A stretch of 64,000 nt of DNA from Priapulus caudatus (taxonomy: Eukaryota): the NCBI RefSeq assembly GCF_000485595.1, contig NW_014577068.1:554023-618022 (forward strand). The letters run 5' to 3'. Each line of letters opens with the position of its first letter. The first letter of the stretch is position 1. The notes beneath the pieces were generated by a model, which saw only the letters and a program-made list of their open reading frames with translations, did not search any database and was not told the origin of the DNA. The position numbers and the translations under genes are program-made. Below, one piece after another: positions 13,401 to 26,887 of this stretch.

Positions 13401-14419
13401 CTGTGCCATTTTCCGTCGGTGTAGAAGCGCAGTAAGGACGCCACCCCGGTGTGAACGGGGTATAGAGCGAGGTTTTTTTCAAGTTTGTAATTTGTTGGGA
13501 CTTTTTCTCGGCGTTGTGTTCGCGTTTGCCGGCGACTTGTACATTTTCTGGTTCGCGTACGGTTCGCGGATGGTCGCCGTCCGGTGTGACGGGGTATGAC
13601 GGGGTGTTAGCAGAGCAGCTGAGCAATCGGTGGTGTGCAGTGTTAGAGCTCATAGGGTCTATGTCCCCAGGGGTACTGCCGGAACGTACCCTGAGGTAAC
13701 GCGTACGGTCATACGGAACGTACCCTGGTCACTATATTCATATGGTTAGGATTAGGGTTAGGGTTAGGAATTAGGGTTAGGGAGTAGGCGTAGGCGACTC
13801 CCTAAGACTCGTTAGTGGAGTAGGCGACGGTACGGTCCGGCATATTAGTAGTACCAGGGTACGTTCAGGTATACCGGACCGTACCCAGGGTACGTTCCGG
13901 CAGTACTCTGGGTGACATAGACCCTCTCAGCCAGTGTAGAGCCACTTGCCTCATCAGCAGGAAAATATGTTACTGTTAAAGTTGGCGTAGAGTAGGCGTA
14001 CTGCCCATGCACGAGTGCACGTTAAAATTAAATGCTGTTTAAATGACAACACAGCTTCACGCAAAATGCATTTAGACAAATTATTAAATACATGTTAAAT
14101 TAAATTCTGTGGTGCAAATAGCCCAGCGGAATTCCTTGTCTAATGGACTGAATGTTAGAGACGTGTTAATGTTTAGCATAGTGGTAAAACCAGAAAGATA
14201 AATTAAAAAGTGTTCAATGATAGATGGTATCTAAAAACAGTTCGTATCGTACGCCGCATGTGTGAAATGAAGTATGTAGAATTTGACAAATAATATAATA
14301 ATACATAGATAAAGCATTTGAAGCCAGGAAGCCAGACAGGCGGAAATGCAGCTTTGCCGACAGACAGGGAGGTAGCCATGCATGCACGCAGGCTGATAAA
14401 CAGGCAAGCGGGCAGACAC

Positions 14420-14453
<34 letters not shown>

Positions 14454-14454
14454 C

Positions 14455-14510
<56 letters not shown>

Positions 14511-15752
14511 TGTAGATAGAACGGCAGGTAAGAAGATGATCAGGTTGGCAGACAGGAAGGCGGGCAGGCAAGCAGACAGGCATACCACCGACAATTCGAC
14601 CGACACATGTACACTGATAGATGGTCATAGACCGAAAATTGCTGCTGGATGTACAACGCAACACAACGCCCAATAATGTCAAACATTTGTGTATAAAATG
14701 TCACACGGTGATTGACGGTGCGAACTCGTTACTGGCTTTATATTCATGACCGGCAATGGCCGCCATATTGGAATTTACTTTATAATTAGTCATGAGGAGA
14801 GAGCAAGAGAGCAACTTCACCGCGCAGTAGACACCTAGCTACACCGCTACACGCATACACATACACATACGCACGCATACACATACACATACGCACGCAC
14901 GCACGCATACACACACATGAGCACGCGTACACACACGCACGCATACATACGCACATACGCAAGCATGCACATCTCGCGTTCCCTGAACACATGCTATGAA
15001 TTGAGGTTTGTTTGAGAAGGGTGTTGCTTCAGTGCAGACGAGACCTTTGAGACGCGAGTATGCCCGACAGCCTGCCGACGTACCATTAACCTGATTACTG
15101 CTAACCATCATCACAATGTGCTGGTCAAACCACGTCGCCCATGCTAACTCATTCAGGTTATCAACTTATCATCGATGAAAATCGTTGGGTGACATGTATC
15201 GCTACGGCAGCAGAGCATCCATATAGCTATAAGGAGGCATTGTTCTTAGCAACAGTACTTACGCTAAATGCACGTGTGACATTGATGCACAGATGTACGT
15301 TAGTTACTGCATGGGGCTGGGGTGAAAGGTGGGACCTAATGTTTGCGTGGAGCCAATTCTGAAGCCTCGGTATGCGCCGATGCGGCTTGCCTTTTTTGTC
15401 ATTTCGTGCTTAGAATGCATTTTGAGCCTTATTTTGATGAATGTTTCAATTAATAATAGTAGGAAAAATTGTCTAAGATAATATATTTCTAAATAACACG
15501 TTTTTGTAAAACGAAAAAACAAAAAAGGGAGATCATTGATTTGTAGGGGTAGTTTTCCACGCCTTATTAATTGGGAAACTTCCTGATGACATGTCACGTC
15601 TTACGTTTAACATTCAAATAGCAACCATCATAAAAGGTTATCTTGCCACTTTCGTCTTGTGATGCCAGGGGTCTGGCCATTTCATCTTCTTCATTCATGT
15701 TTTTGAATAGGATGAGATGGTACGGAGGCATAGATCTATAGTTCTGTGCATG

Positions 15753-15784
<32 letters not shown>

Positions 15785-18700
15785 TGTGTCTACTTGATGC
15801 TAATGCAGAGGTGCATGTGAGAGGAGCACTTAGGCTGATGCCCATGAGAAATTAATAGAGCGCCGTTGAAGTGGGAGCGCGCGTGTGTGTGTGCATGGCT
15901 GGAAACCCGCAAATGAATAGTAATCGCTCATTGCAAGCTATCCTCACTCGGCCCACGTTTCTTGGCGTGCCAGCTGTCACGAGACTAGTTCGCAAGTTTT
16001 GAAATATTGTGAAAGGTAAGAAGGTGAAGCGGCTTGCTGTAATACTAGCTACACGCGGAAGGCGATAGTTTCCTACGTAATTAGTAACGTGAGTATAGTG
16101 AGCTTGTTCTGCACATGGCAAGCTGCAGGTTAATGGGGGGGGGGGGACGGAGGCTATTAATAATAGAATCTGTCTGTATTGTTGGCTGGAACTTTCTGCA
16201 CATTTTACTGCCATTTCGAGCAGATCTCGTTATTAATATCATTTATTTATAGCTTTGATTATCATATCTATATATATCTGCCTTGAAATAAAAACCGATG
16301 TTTCCTGCGGAAATCAATGTTATTTATGAATTGACGAAGACACTTAGACATCAAATCTGGTAAAAGCTAAACCTAGCCACAAAATCGGCTCCTGCCAATG
16401 TCCCTAATATCCTGCCAAGTCTCTGAAAACAGGTGTCACTGACGGCGCGCGCGCGCGCGGTTGTTGTTGCCGGTTGGCGTCACCATTTTTGTTGGAATTC
16501 CATAGGTTTTAATCTACCTCGCTATACTAGATTGTACTTATTTATAGAAAAACGGTTCGAGATGAGAGGTATTGAGTGTTTAATAGAATATTTAAGTTTA
16601 ATTTAAATCAGTTACACTATAAGTATAAGCGAAACTTTTAGCTAGACTACGGCTAGTATGTCCAATCGTCGTTGGTCTTGGATTGTCACACTGCTCACAG
16701 TCGGTCCCAATAACGCTATTGTATACTCCTGATTTTACACGTAACAAAGCAATAATTCTCGTGTTATACGAGCATCGTGGATTTTTGTGGACCTCTAAAA
16801 TTCAATGTTACTCTGGACCTCCGACCATTTGCAGACCACAAAACTCTTCGTTTCCCCCGCAGTCTGATGCTATAATTATATATTGACTACTGCACTCGCT
16901 ATGCCCAGGCGGTTATGACTAGACCAATAAACTGTGCCCTGGAAATTTTCATCATCTTACGCTATTCCTAAAGGCCTAATCTAATGGCCTTCCGTGGGCA
17001 GAAGTGACTAATTTTGTCTTGCAAGTGCGTTCCAGGCAATATTACAATTTCTGTTCTGACGAAGTTTTGAAGATTTGATGTTGTAATATTTTTATGAGAT
17101 AACGGGGGATCATAAATGGGATGTGTTTTCTGATGTAGGTAAGATACTAATACATCCAAATGGTTAAGATATTTCTCTAAATTTTAATGTTGCACGATCA
17201 GAAACAGTGGAAAAGTTGTCTTTTTTTATGACAAAATTCACCGCTTTTGTCTATGTTTAATTGTTAGGTATTGGGCCCTAGAATTTCTAGAGCACGATTT
17301 ATTAGTCTAGGTTATGGACCAGATTATGGAACTGGACTCTGAAAACACTAAGATCTGAGTAAGTACAATGAAACTAATATATAGGCAGACAGCAATAATT
17401 TGGGTAATGCCGAATTTACGGGAGCGCGCGGCACAAGAGCGAAGTGCAGTCAGTACTACATTCGTGCTGATAAATTTCGATTCCCTCCCTGCGCCGAATG
17501 AGCTCGCTGCATTTCGCAGAGTCAGCAAATATGTGAGTTGCAAATTGGAGATAAGGCCCCTACTGCCGGTTTTTCCAGCTGCCCATCTTGCCGAGGGAAA
17601 GTCAATAGACTTCCCTGCTGCCAAGAAGTGGGTCAAGAGTTATACAAGGGCGAAGCTAAAAGGGGGTGGTAACGTTTTCCTCGGGCTGCACCCTTTTGCA
17701 GCTTTTGCTGGTGCTGGCGCACTGGCTATTTAGATACAGGATACAAGATTGCCGGATTTTCTTGTGCGTCCGGTTACCTACTATAGTTAATCGATATACA
17801 TTCTGATTTACGTAATTAAAAACGTAAAAACGAAAAAAGTTTCTGTTCAAGTTGACAGCCGCTAATGTGAGGTAACTGTTGTGATGAAAAAAGTAGACTG
17901 GCCGCTATTACTATGACTATACCGTGGACAAAACACTGCTTACACCCGCATCAGCGCTGGTTTCATTCCACTGATTCATATGTACTCTCATGCTAATCCT
18001 CGTCCTGTTGTATGGCTAATAACGAAAGTCGGCCAGATTATGATCTTGTAATGGCACACGCACCACCAGCACAACCAACCATACCTCAACCACGCCCACA
18101 CCCCTCCTTACCACTGCATGGGAAAATGTGAATTTTAGTCTAAAATTAGTTTTAGTCTAAAAACGGCTTTAATTAAACGCGGGTGCTTGTGGTAGAAGTT
18201 ATTTCAGAAGCAGGGCTTTCGGGGTACAGCATAATCTGTCTAGCAATGCTGTAACATGCGGGAGTGGCAGGTGAACGTGTGTGTGGGCGTAATTAATGAA
18301 CGTAGAGTTGGCAACAGAAGCTAAGCTAATGTCCACGTGCGCCGAACATGTGAATTAAGAGCTCCTCCGTGTTTCGTTCGTCGTGTAAAATCGCTAGAGC
18401 TAGACCTACTTATTCCACGGAAGGAAACTTGCGCCTGGAAAACGTTTGTACGTATATATGTTGTTTCCTTTACTGCTGTTTGGATAGTTTGAACTAACTA
18501 AATCCCTGTTTCACGCACACGCAAAACATAAATAACGATTTATAACACATTTATCGTGTGTCGGTCTTATTCTAATTACCTCCGCCAAGGGGTTGGCAGG
18601 GGGTTATGTTTTCACCGGCATGTGTTTGTTGGTTTGTGGGTTTGTTTGTTTGTGTACAGCCTAACTGAAAAAGTTTTGGACGGATTGTCATAAAATTTTC

Positions 18701-21700
18701 TTGATATGTCAGAAATGGGCTAACTTAGAATTGATTAGATTTTGGTGGTGATCCGGACCCAATTAATTAATAAAATTTTCAGGATAGGTCAGAAATGGGG
18801 TAACTTAAAATTGATTACATTTTGGTGGAGATCCGGATCCAATTAATTAATTAATTAATATTAAATTTTCAGGATAGGTCAGAAATGGGGTAATTTAGAA
18901 TTGATGACATTTTGGTGGTAATCCGGATTCAATTAATTAATTAATTAATTAATTAATTAATANNNNNNNNNNNNNNNNNNNNNNNNNNNNNNNNNNNNNN
19001 NNNNNNNNNNNNNNNNNNNNNNNNNNNNNNNNNNNNNNNNNNNNNNNNNNNNNNNNNNNNNNNNNNNNNNNNNNNNNNNNNNNNNNNNNNNNNNNNNNNN
19101 NNNNNNNNNNNNNNNNNNNNNNNNNNNNNNNNNNNNNNNNNNNNNNNNNNNNNNNNNNNNNNNNNNNNNNNNNNNNNNNNNNNNNNNNNNNNNNNNNNNN
19201 NNNNNNNNNNNNNNNNNNNNNNNNNNNNNNNNNNNNNNNNNNNNNNNNNNNNNNNNNNNNNNNNNNNNNNNNNNNNNNNNNNNNNNNNNNNNNNNNNNNN
19301 NNNNNNNNNNNNNNNNNNNNNNNNNNNNNNNNNNNNNNNNNNNNNNNNNNNNNNNNNNNNNNNNNNNNNNNNNNNNNNNNNNNNNNNNNNNNNNNNNNNN
19401 NTATATATATATATATATATATATCCCGGGGTATGACTTTTGTGGTTTGCATGCAGGTAATATCCTAAATTGCTGAGTGACCTGCAAGTAATAATGCTGA
19501 AGTTATTGCCTTGTAAAGTCAGTGCTACGTGTAGGCTGTACTAGCTGAATGCAGCCGAGACCACGATCATTCGTGTGTGTATTCATGTCTTGTTTGTTTG
19601 TTATGTGTGTTACATATATTTGAGGTTAATACAGCCACTAGGTCACGTCGTATCTCCGACTGTAGATTACAATTTTGTTTGCTGTTAGCATAGTTTCGGC
19701 CACTTTGTAAGCATTTTCGCATGCACTCACGCGAATTTCGATGCCGGGCAGTCGTGTACCAGGGTACTGTACAAAAAATTCCAGTAGGTTTCAAAAACTG
19801 ACCGGGTTCACTGCCGCATGTCCTCGCCCGGAAACCCCCCCCCCCGACGTTGATATATGCTGCCATTCCTCTACGTGCTGTCTGTTGTTGAAATTGCACT
19901 CTCAATAAAAGGGGGGACCATCGCAGGCGTGGCCGCTTCATAGAGAAGACGATAGGGGAGCGTCTCAACAATGCTCTTGCTGACACGCTTGCGTTGTCTA
20001 ATATCAACACGCGTGTTGTTGCGAAAGCCCACGCATGCCATCGCGCACGCTGATGTCTCGTCATCGATGTTCTCTTGCAGGTATCGAGTACCGAAAGTTG
20101 TTCGTCGGCATGGTCTCGAAGAAACTGACGGAGAACGACGTGCGACTGATGTTTGCCCCCTACGGCACGATAGAAGAGTGCACGGTGCTGCGAGGTCCCG
20201 ATGGCATCAGCAAAGGTGTGTTCTCCCCTACTGATCTTGGACAGGTGGTCCCTGCAGGTGTAGTGATAGCAGTGTGTTGGCCAGAGACCCGTCTACCCGT
20301 CTTTTGGACGGCCGATTCTTGGATGAGACGGATGAAATTTGATAGAGACGGCATCCCAAATTTAAAAACCCCTCCCACCTCACTTCGCTCAGATGGTGAG
20401 ACTCCCTGATTTTTTCCCTGGCTAACACCCTGAGTGAGATGTAGTGAGTGAGTGTATATAAGGGGTAGGGCATGTGGAAGGGGTTGAAGTGTGGATACGT
20501 ATCAGTGCTGATATCACTAAGCTCCACAGGGGTCATTTGTTGATTCTCAACGACTTGCTAACCCATTATAATGCCGACTTCGTCAGTCTAATATAATGGT
20601 AGTAGGCGAACACTATATGTACTTACCCAGGGGTAGAAATTAACATTTGAACACGGGAGTCCAACGGACTCTTTAACCTCAAAAAGAGGGAGTCCGCAGC
20701 AAAATGAGGGAGTCCGCAGTCTGAGGTTTAAAATTAAAGATAAATAAAATTAAAATAAAGAACAATAACGCGTGTGCTTGTTTTTAAGATTCATGCAGTT
20801 GCACGTCTGCCAAATTTTCTTTGGACGTTAGCTGAAAAAAATACGATAATTCCATGAGGCCGTGCTCTGGAACGAATTAGTTAGTATGGCAGAATTTTCA
20901 GGGAGTCACACGGACTCCTGCATATGTCAAATCAGGGAGTCCGACAGTAAATCAGAGAGTATTTGACTCCGGACTCCCGTTAATTTCGCACCCTGCTTAC
21001 CGTATTTACTCGTGTATAAGTGGCACTTTTTTGCACACGACTAATAAAACAAGTGCCGCAGAGCGACAGCGCTCATCTAACGTCTACTGCGGTGACTATG
21101 TGGTGGAGTGGTGGGATTCTAGTAANNNNNNNNNNNNNNNNNNNNNNNNNNNNNNNNNNNNNNNNNNNNNNNNNNNNNNNNNNNNNNNNNNNNNNNNNNN
21201 NNNNNNNNNNNNNNNNNNNNNNNNNNNNNNNNNNNNNNNNNNNNNNNNNNNNNNNNNNNNNNNNNNNNNNNNNNNNNNNNNNNNNNNNNNNNNNNNNNNN
21301 NNNNNNNNNNNNNNNNNNNNNNNNNNNNNNNNNNNNNNNNNNNNNNNNNNNNNNNNNNNNNNNNNNNNNNNNNNNNNNNNNNNNNNNNNNNNNNNNNNNN
21401 NNNNNNNNNNNNNNNNNNNNNNNNNNNNNNNNNNNNNNNNNNNNNNNNNNNNNNNNNNNNNNNNNNNNNNNNNNNNNNNNNNNNNNNNNNNNNNNNNNNN
21501 NNNNNNNNNNNNNNNNNNNNNNNNNNNNNNNNNNNNNNNNNNNNNNNNNNNNNNNNNNNNNNNNNNNNNNNNNNNNNNNNNNNNNNNNNNNNNNNNNNNN
21601 NNNNNNNNNNNNNNNNNNNNNNNNNNNNNNNNNNNNNNNNNNNNNNNNNNNNNNNNNNNNNNNNNNNNNNNNNNNNNNNNNNNNNNNNNNNNNNNNNNNN

Positions 21701-24700
21701 NNNNNNNNNNNNNNNNNNNNNNNNNNNNNNNNNNNNNNNNNNNNNNNNNNNNNNNNNNNNNNNNNNNNNNNNNNNNNNNNNNNNNNNNNNNNNNNNNNNN
21801 NNNNNNNNNNNNNNNNNNNNNNNNNNNNNNNNNNNNNNNNNNNNNNNNNNNNNNNNNNNNNNNNNNNNNNNNNNNNNNNNNNNNNNNNNNNNNNNNNNNN
21901 NNNNNNNNNNNNNNNNNNNNNNNNNNNATGTTATGCCTACCTACCGACCCTAATTTTCACAATCCATGTGACCCGAACCAAAGGTATTTTTTTGTTTGGC
22001 CTAAGTTAAGGAGTGAATGTTCCCCCTTCTTTTACACCTCTTGACCTTTGACCTTTGACCCCCAGCTTCGACATCCCAACTCGTTTTCGGATTACCCCCC
22101 CACGTCCCGAATATCGTGACCGTACGTCGAGCGGTTAAGATTTGTGCCCAACTGTTGACGGACGGACGCACGGACGGACGCATGGACGCACGGACGATCA
22201 TGTGATTCTACAAGCTGCATCTGACTATGTCAGATGAGCTAAAAATCAAGTGGTGCAACTTAAATACACGAGGGTAGGAAATCTCGTGTAAGAATTGTCA
22301 TCGTTATCGCAACCAGTCGCTATTATAAATGCCAAACCTTACGAGCGCATATTGTATATGGGCGCAGCCGTCTTGAATAAATTGCTGTACTTTTCAATGT
22401 ATGAAAACTAAGCCCGGAAAAGTTATTCTAGGTCTGGTCTTTTGAGCTTGCCTATTGGTTTCATAATTATTAGCTCAGCTGACGAAGTCAGATGCAACTT
22501 GTAGAATTGCATGAATGTCCGTCCGTCCGGCTGGCCGTCCGTCAGTCCGTGCGTCAACAGTTACGGCACAAATCTTAACCGCGCTACGTATGATCTTTAT
22601 ATTCGGGACGTCAGGAGGGATCGCGAAAAGGACTCGTGATGTCGAATTTGGGGGTCAAGGGTCAAAGGTCAAGATGTGTCAATGGAGGGGAAATATTTCC
22701 CCCTTAACTTAAGGTATAGAAGGAAATACGGAATTGCGGCACAAATCTCAACGGCTCGACCTACGCTCTTAATATTCGATGTATAATGTGATGGGGAGGA
22801 AACCCATCACCAGCGCGAAATTGGAGGTCAGAGGTCAAAGGGCAGTGGGGGAAAGCTCAGATATCAGACATTTTCTGAGGACATGGTCTAACGGGCAGAG
22901 TGCAAAACTTTTTTGTTTCAGCACTGACCTACCATTTTTATCACTTTATTGAAAGGACCGTGAAATCTACTTTCCGCTGACCTGCGACGAGTAAGTGTCT
23001 GATAACCTTTTGACCCTCAAGAGGAGGGTTAAACATGGATTTGTTGACTGTTAACAAAGGACTGAACTGCTTTTGCACCTCAGGATACTCTCAACCTTTT
23101 ACACGGGTATTGCTCTAATGAAGATTAAACGTTTATTGGCAAATGAATCTAATCAATCACTTGTTTTATTTATAGAGGAGATATATCTCTATGCTCAAGC
23201 CAAAAAATTTCATGAAATTTCCAGCACATAATTATGTTACCACACAAATTTTGAATTTTTATGTAAAAATGGTATTTTGGATATTTCTCAACTACCAGAA
23301 AGAGGAGGATACAAAATTTTCGCCACATGTTAAGCACAATATGGACCAAAATAGCTCATCAGGCTTTTTCTTTAAGTTTGATATTTACCGAGAAAAATGG
23401 AAAAAACTGCTTAAAAATCAAGTTGTGTGTTAGAATTGAAAATTTTAGCAAATAAAGAGGCATAAGTAATAAAATACGGCACTTAATAACAATCCCTGAC
23501 GCGCTTTTTTACAGCAATATGTTACCATTAAAACGAGTGTAAAATTAAATTAATCAGAGATGTAATCACAGAGAAATATCCATTTATACATCAGCTACTA
23601 TGTCAGAAATCGAAACGGAGAAATCAGCGTTTTTCTATTTTTCACAATGATCGACCGCCTGTGTGCAAAATGGGTGAACGTATGTGAAACATCTACTGTT
23701 ACTGTTCGTACTTACTGTGACATATCCATGACTAAACTAACTGACACCACTAAATTGGTAATATGTTCCATGCACTTTGAGAAATTGTGAGAAATTACGA
23801 GGTTACCACCGCACTTTCATGCAAAACGCGCGTACGATGTGTATACTGCATGCCGTTACTAAGCTATGTGTCAACAAACACGCGCCGAAATGCAAGGTGT
23901 GTAACAAGGGAAACGGGGCTATTTTCGGTTGCGCGGCAATTTCAACTATCACTGGCAGATGACAGTTGTAGGAGGGTTGATGCTGAATGATACTGGCATA
24001 GTGAATATCATGAAAATTCTGGTTGTATCATGTCTCTGACGTCACTGATGACGTCAGCTGCTGCTCAAGTGCTACACGTGTACGCGGGCAATCAAAACGC
24101 TCTAAAAGTTCACTTGTACCATTATATGGAGAAATGAGCATATACAGAGGTGGCACATAGTGTTAGCCATCGAATAAAGTTGAAAATGAAAAATCGGTAA
24201 AATTTTGCCTAAAACCTTGAGAGTATCCTTAAAGTTACACAGCTATATCTTTATTACTGTACTACCTGTATAGCAAAGCTTATCAACGCGGTGGCGGGAG
24301 GGCGCACTTGATTCGGTTGCCAGTGGGTTTATCAGAAGAATACCCGGCTACAGCTAGTACACGTCAGTTGAGCGCTGTCGCTCTGCGGCACTTATTAATA
24401 ATATTGACTCTGAAAATACTTACTCTCTCTCTCTCTAAATATGTCCACTAATAATAGTAGACATGTAACATAATTTGTAAAGCTCCCTGGCCCTTGTAGT
24501 CTCATCTTTCATGTAAATTTCGATTATAAAAGTTTTGTACCAACTCTCCAAGGCAAAATATGGAGTGCTACTTAATGCGACTTATACACGAGTAAATACG
24601 GTATGTGTTCGGGAATGGCATGGTACTATAACATGACACTGCATTAGCTGATTTCCTATGTTCACATGCAAACTAAGAGTGGTATTGCATTTCAGTGTGG

Positions 24701-26840
24701 GTGGTAATCCTACACCCTGTGCACATGTATATATATGTGATATCAGTTCACAGTACCCTTTATTCTTTATATCTAATCTCCACTCACTTTGTATTTGCAG
24801 GTTGCGCTTTTGTAACGTATGCCACCAGGCAGATGGCTCTGAACTGTATCAAATCAATGCATCATTCCCAAACAATGGAGGTGAGTGGTAACAATGAGAC
24901 ATTTTACACAAACTGCGAGAAAACTGCGAACGCGAATTCCTGCAAAATGTGATTGTGTTAATTTTCGCGAAAAAGATTTTCACATTCATGCTGCTGTGTA
25001 ATTCAAATGCTGTTTTATCTTTCTGCCCAAGTGTTCACTTGGAATTGGCTGCAGATCTTCTCTAAACGTCAAGACATTTAGTTTCGTATTTCGATGGCAG
25101 TCATTACGTTGACTAAAGAAGTGCTTGGGTATTCACCGCATTGACGTATAAAGACATGGAAGCTGTTTTTACAAATCGTTTTCTTGGCTCTTGACATTTC
25201 TACAAAAACAGGCCATTTTCATCTGCTAAACTGCCTTTATCGGACTATTTCCTTCAAATTAAACTTGCATGCGTAAGGTTATGGTCCACTGTTGCTCTTT
25301 TGTCTGTTAAGAAAGTGTGATTTGATAGTTTGCATAAGTATAAGGAGCAATTTTGCTTCCTCGTGTGATAAAACATTTTTGAAAGAACAATTGAGCATTT
25401 TTTACTTTCTTAGTAATACTGTGGTAGCTTTGCCACATCTAAAATTATAATTTTTGGTTTCAGCTCGCTAGTATACCAAAATAGGTCCAACCAAAGGGAA
25501 AATGCTGTGTTTGTGGCATGGCTGTATGCTGTAGGGTGTTCGAGGGAGAAAGGTGCTAAACCCTCCCAACAATTTGCGGGTTAAATGAGTTGTAATAGAA
25601 CACTGATGCTGTTACGTAACAGGCGAGCACGTGGACAACAGCACGCTGTGGTGCGCCCAGCATTCTGCAGCTCCAGCGTGCTAGGCTGGCGTTGCTGCTG
25701 CTGCTGTATATGTTATCGTGGGAAGCGTGGTTCTGACTGATCTATCTCTGCCCCTCCTTCCATAATCGATATCGGTTCTGCGCGTGCTACCCAGTTGTTT
25801 CCCAATCAAACGTCTTATTGGGCAGTGGCACGCCTCGGTGATGGTGGTGCGAGATGGGGCGGTGATGGGACGTGGCGCAGAAAAGTGCTTCGCTCGCGTA
25901 ACAACATTTAGAGCGAATCGGAGGCAATTTAAATTTCGCCGTCCGATGTCTGCCGAGCGCGATAATGCGCGTGTGCGATCGTTTGCGGAAACGCACGATG
26001 CATTCGACATTCGTGGTGGGTCGCCACGGTGGTGTGCTCAGCGCGGGAGAGAGGGGGAGGTGGAGAGGGAGATTACGAGCTGTCAGAATCGAAGAAATTG
26101 CGGACGCTGCTGATGAATGGCCGCTGCGGTCTGCTTGTCTTCCCTAGGGCTGCTCGTCGCCGATTGTCGTCAAATTTGCGGACACTTTGAAAGAGAAGGA
26201 GCAGAAGAAGCTGCAGCAGCAGATGCAGAGTTCCGGGATGTGGGGCATTCAAAACCTGGCTGGGGTTGGAGCGATGACTCCCCAACAGTACATCGCTGTA
26301 AGTGTTAATTCACGCTACGTTCGATAAGTGTGCGTGCAATATCTACGCATGTGGAGATCATTATATCACGTAACTTTGCCTCGCTCTTCCACCGTGTGTC
26401 ATTGCATCCTTTCACCTTCTCCTCCAACAATGTAACGGTTTTCCGGTGACATTTGTTTTGTTGCTGTTGAGGCATATCGTAACTTGAGACAAATCAGAAT
26501 AGCCTATGTGCAAACAATTTAGCAATGAAGAGGATTTCCAACCCGTTATGATGACAAAAAATCTGCTGGCTTGATGAAGATCACCTGTAGGTTCACATAA
26601 ATTTCGCCTGCCTAGTTGCCATGCCAACGTACTGAGCTTGTTGACGTCTCTGCTGATTTGTGATGTCCGAGATATTCTGTAATCTTTCCGGGTGTAGCGT
26701 TACTACTTCAGAAAGTTCGACATTGAGCAAAACATGCTCGCGAATCGGCCTAGTTACAGGTTTACACGGGTGGTTCAATAATTAATCAATACAGCAATAC
26801 CTGCAACAAATCGACAAGTCTTTGTGTGTGAGTGTGTGTG

Positions 26841-26887
<47 letters not shown>

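Larger units (their letters stand above)
21000..24601. mobile_element. Tc1/mariner-pogo (Tc2-like) non-autonomous element with TA TSD, hosting nested insertions
   Basis: TA|CCGTATTTACTCGTGTATAAGT...ACTTATACACGAGTAAATACGG|TA; internal inverted motif aagtgccgcagagcgacagcgctca at 21051 and about 24369; the two ends are separated by an N-gap. Confidence 0.7.

Noticed and set aside
11739..13653. ORFs up to 221 aa suggesting a transposase
   Set aside because: No recognisable DDE or other domain; these are GC-rich MITE sequences with open frames on both strands.
18949..22044. Long ORFs of 167-337 aa (also at 61252-62572)
   Set aside because: They consist mostly of N-gap translation.
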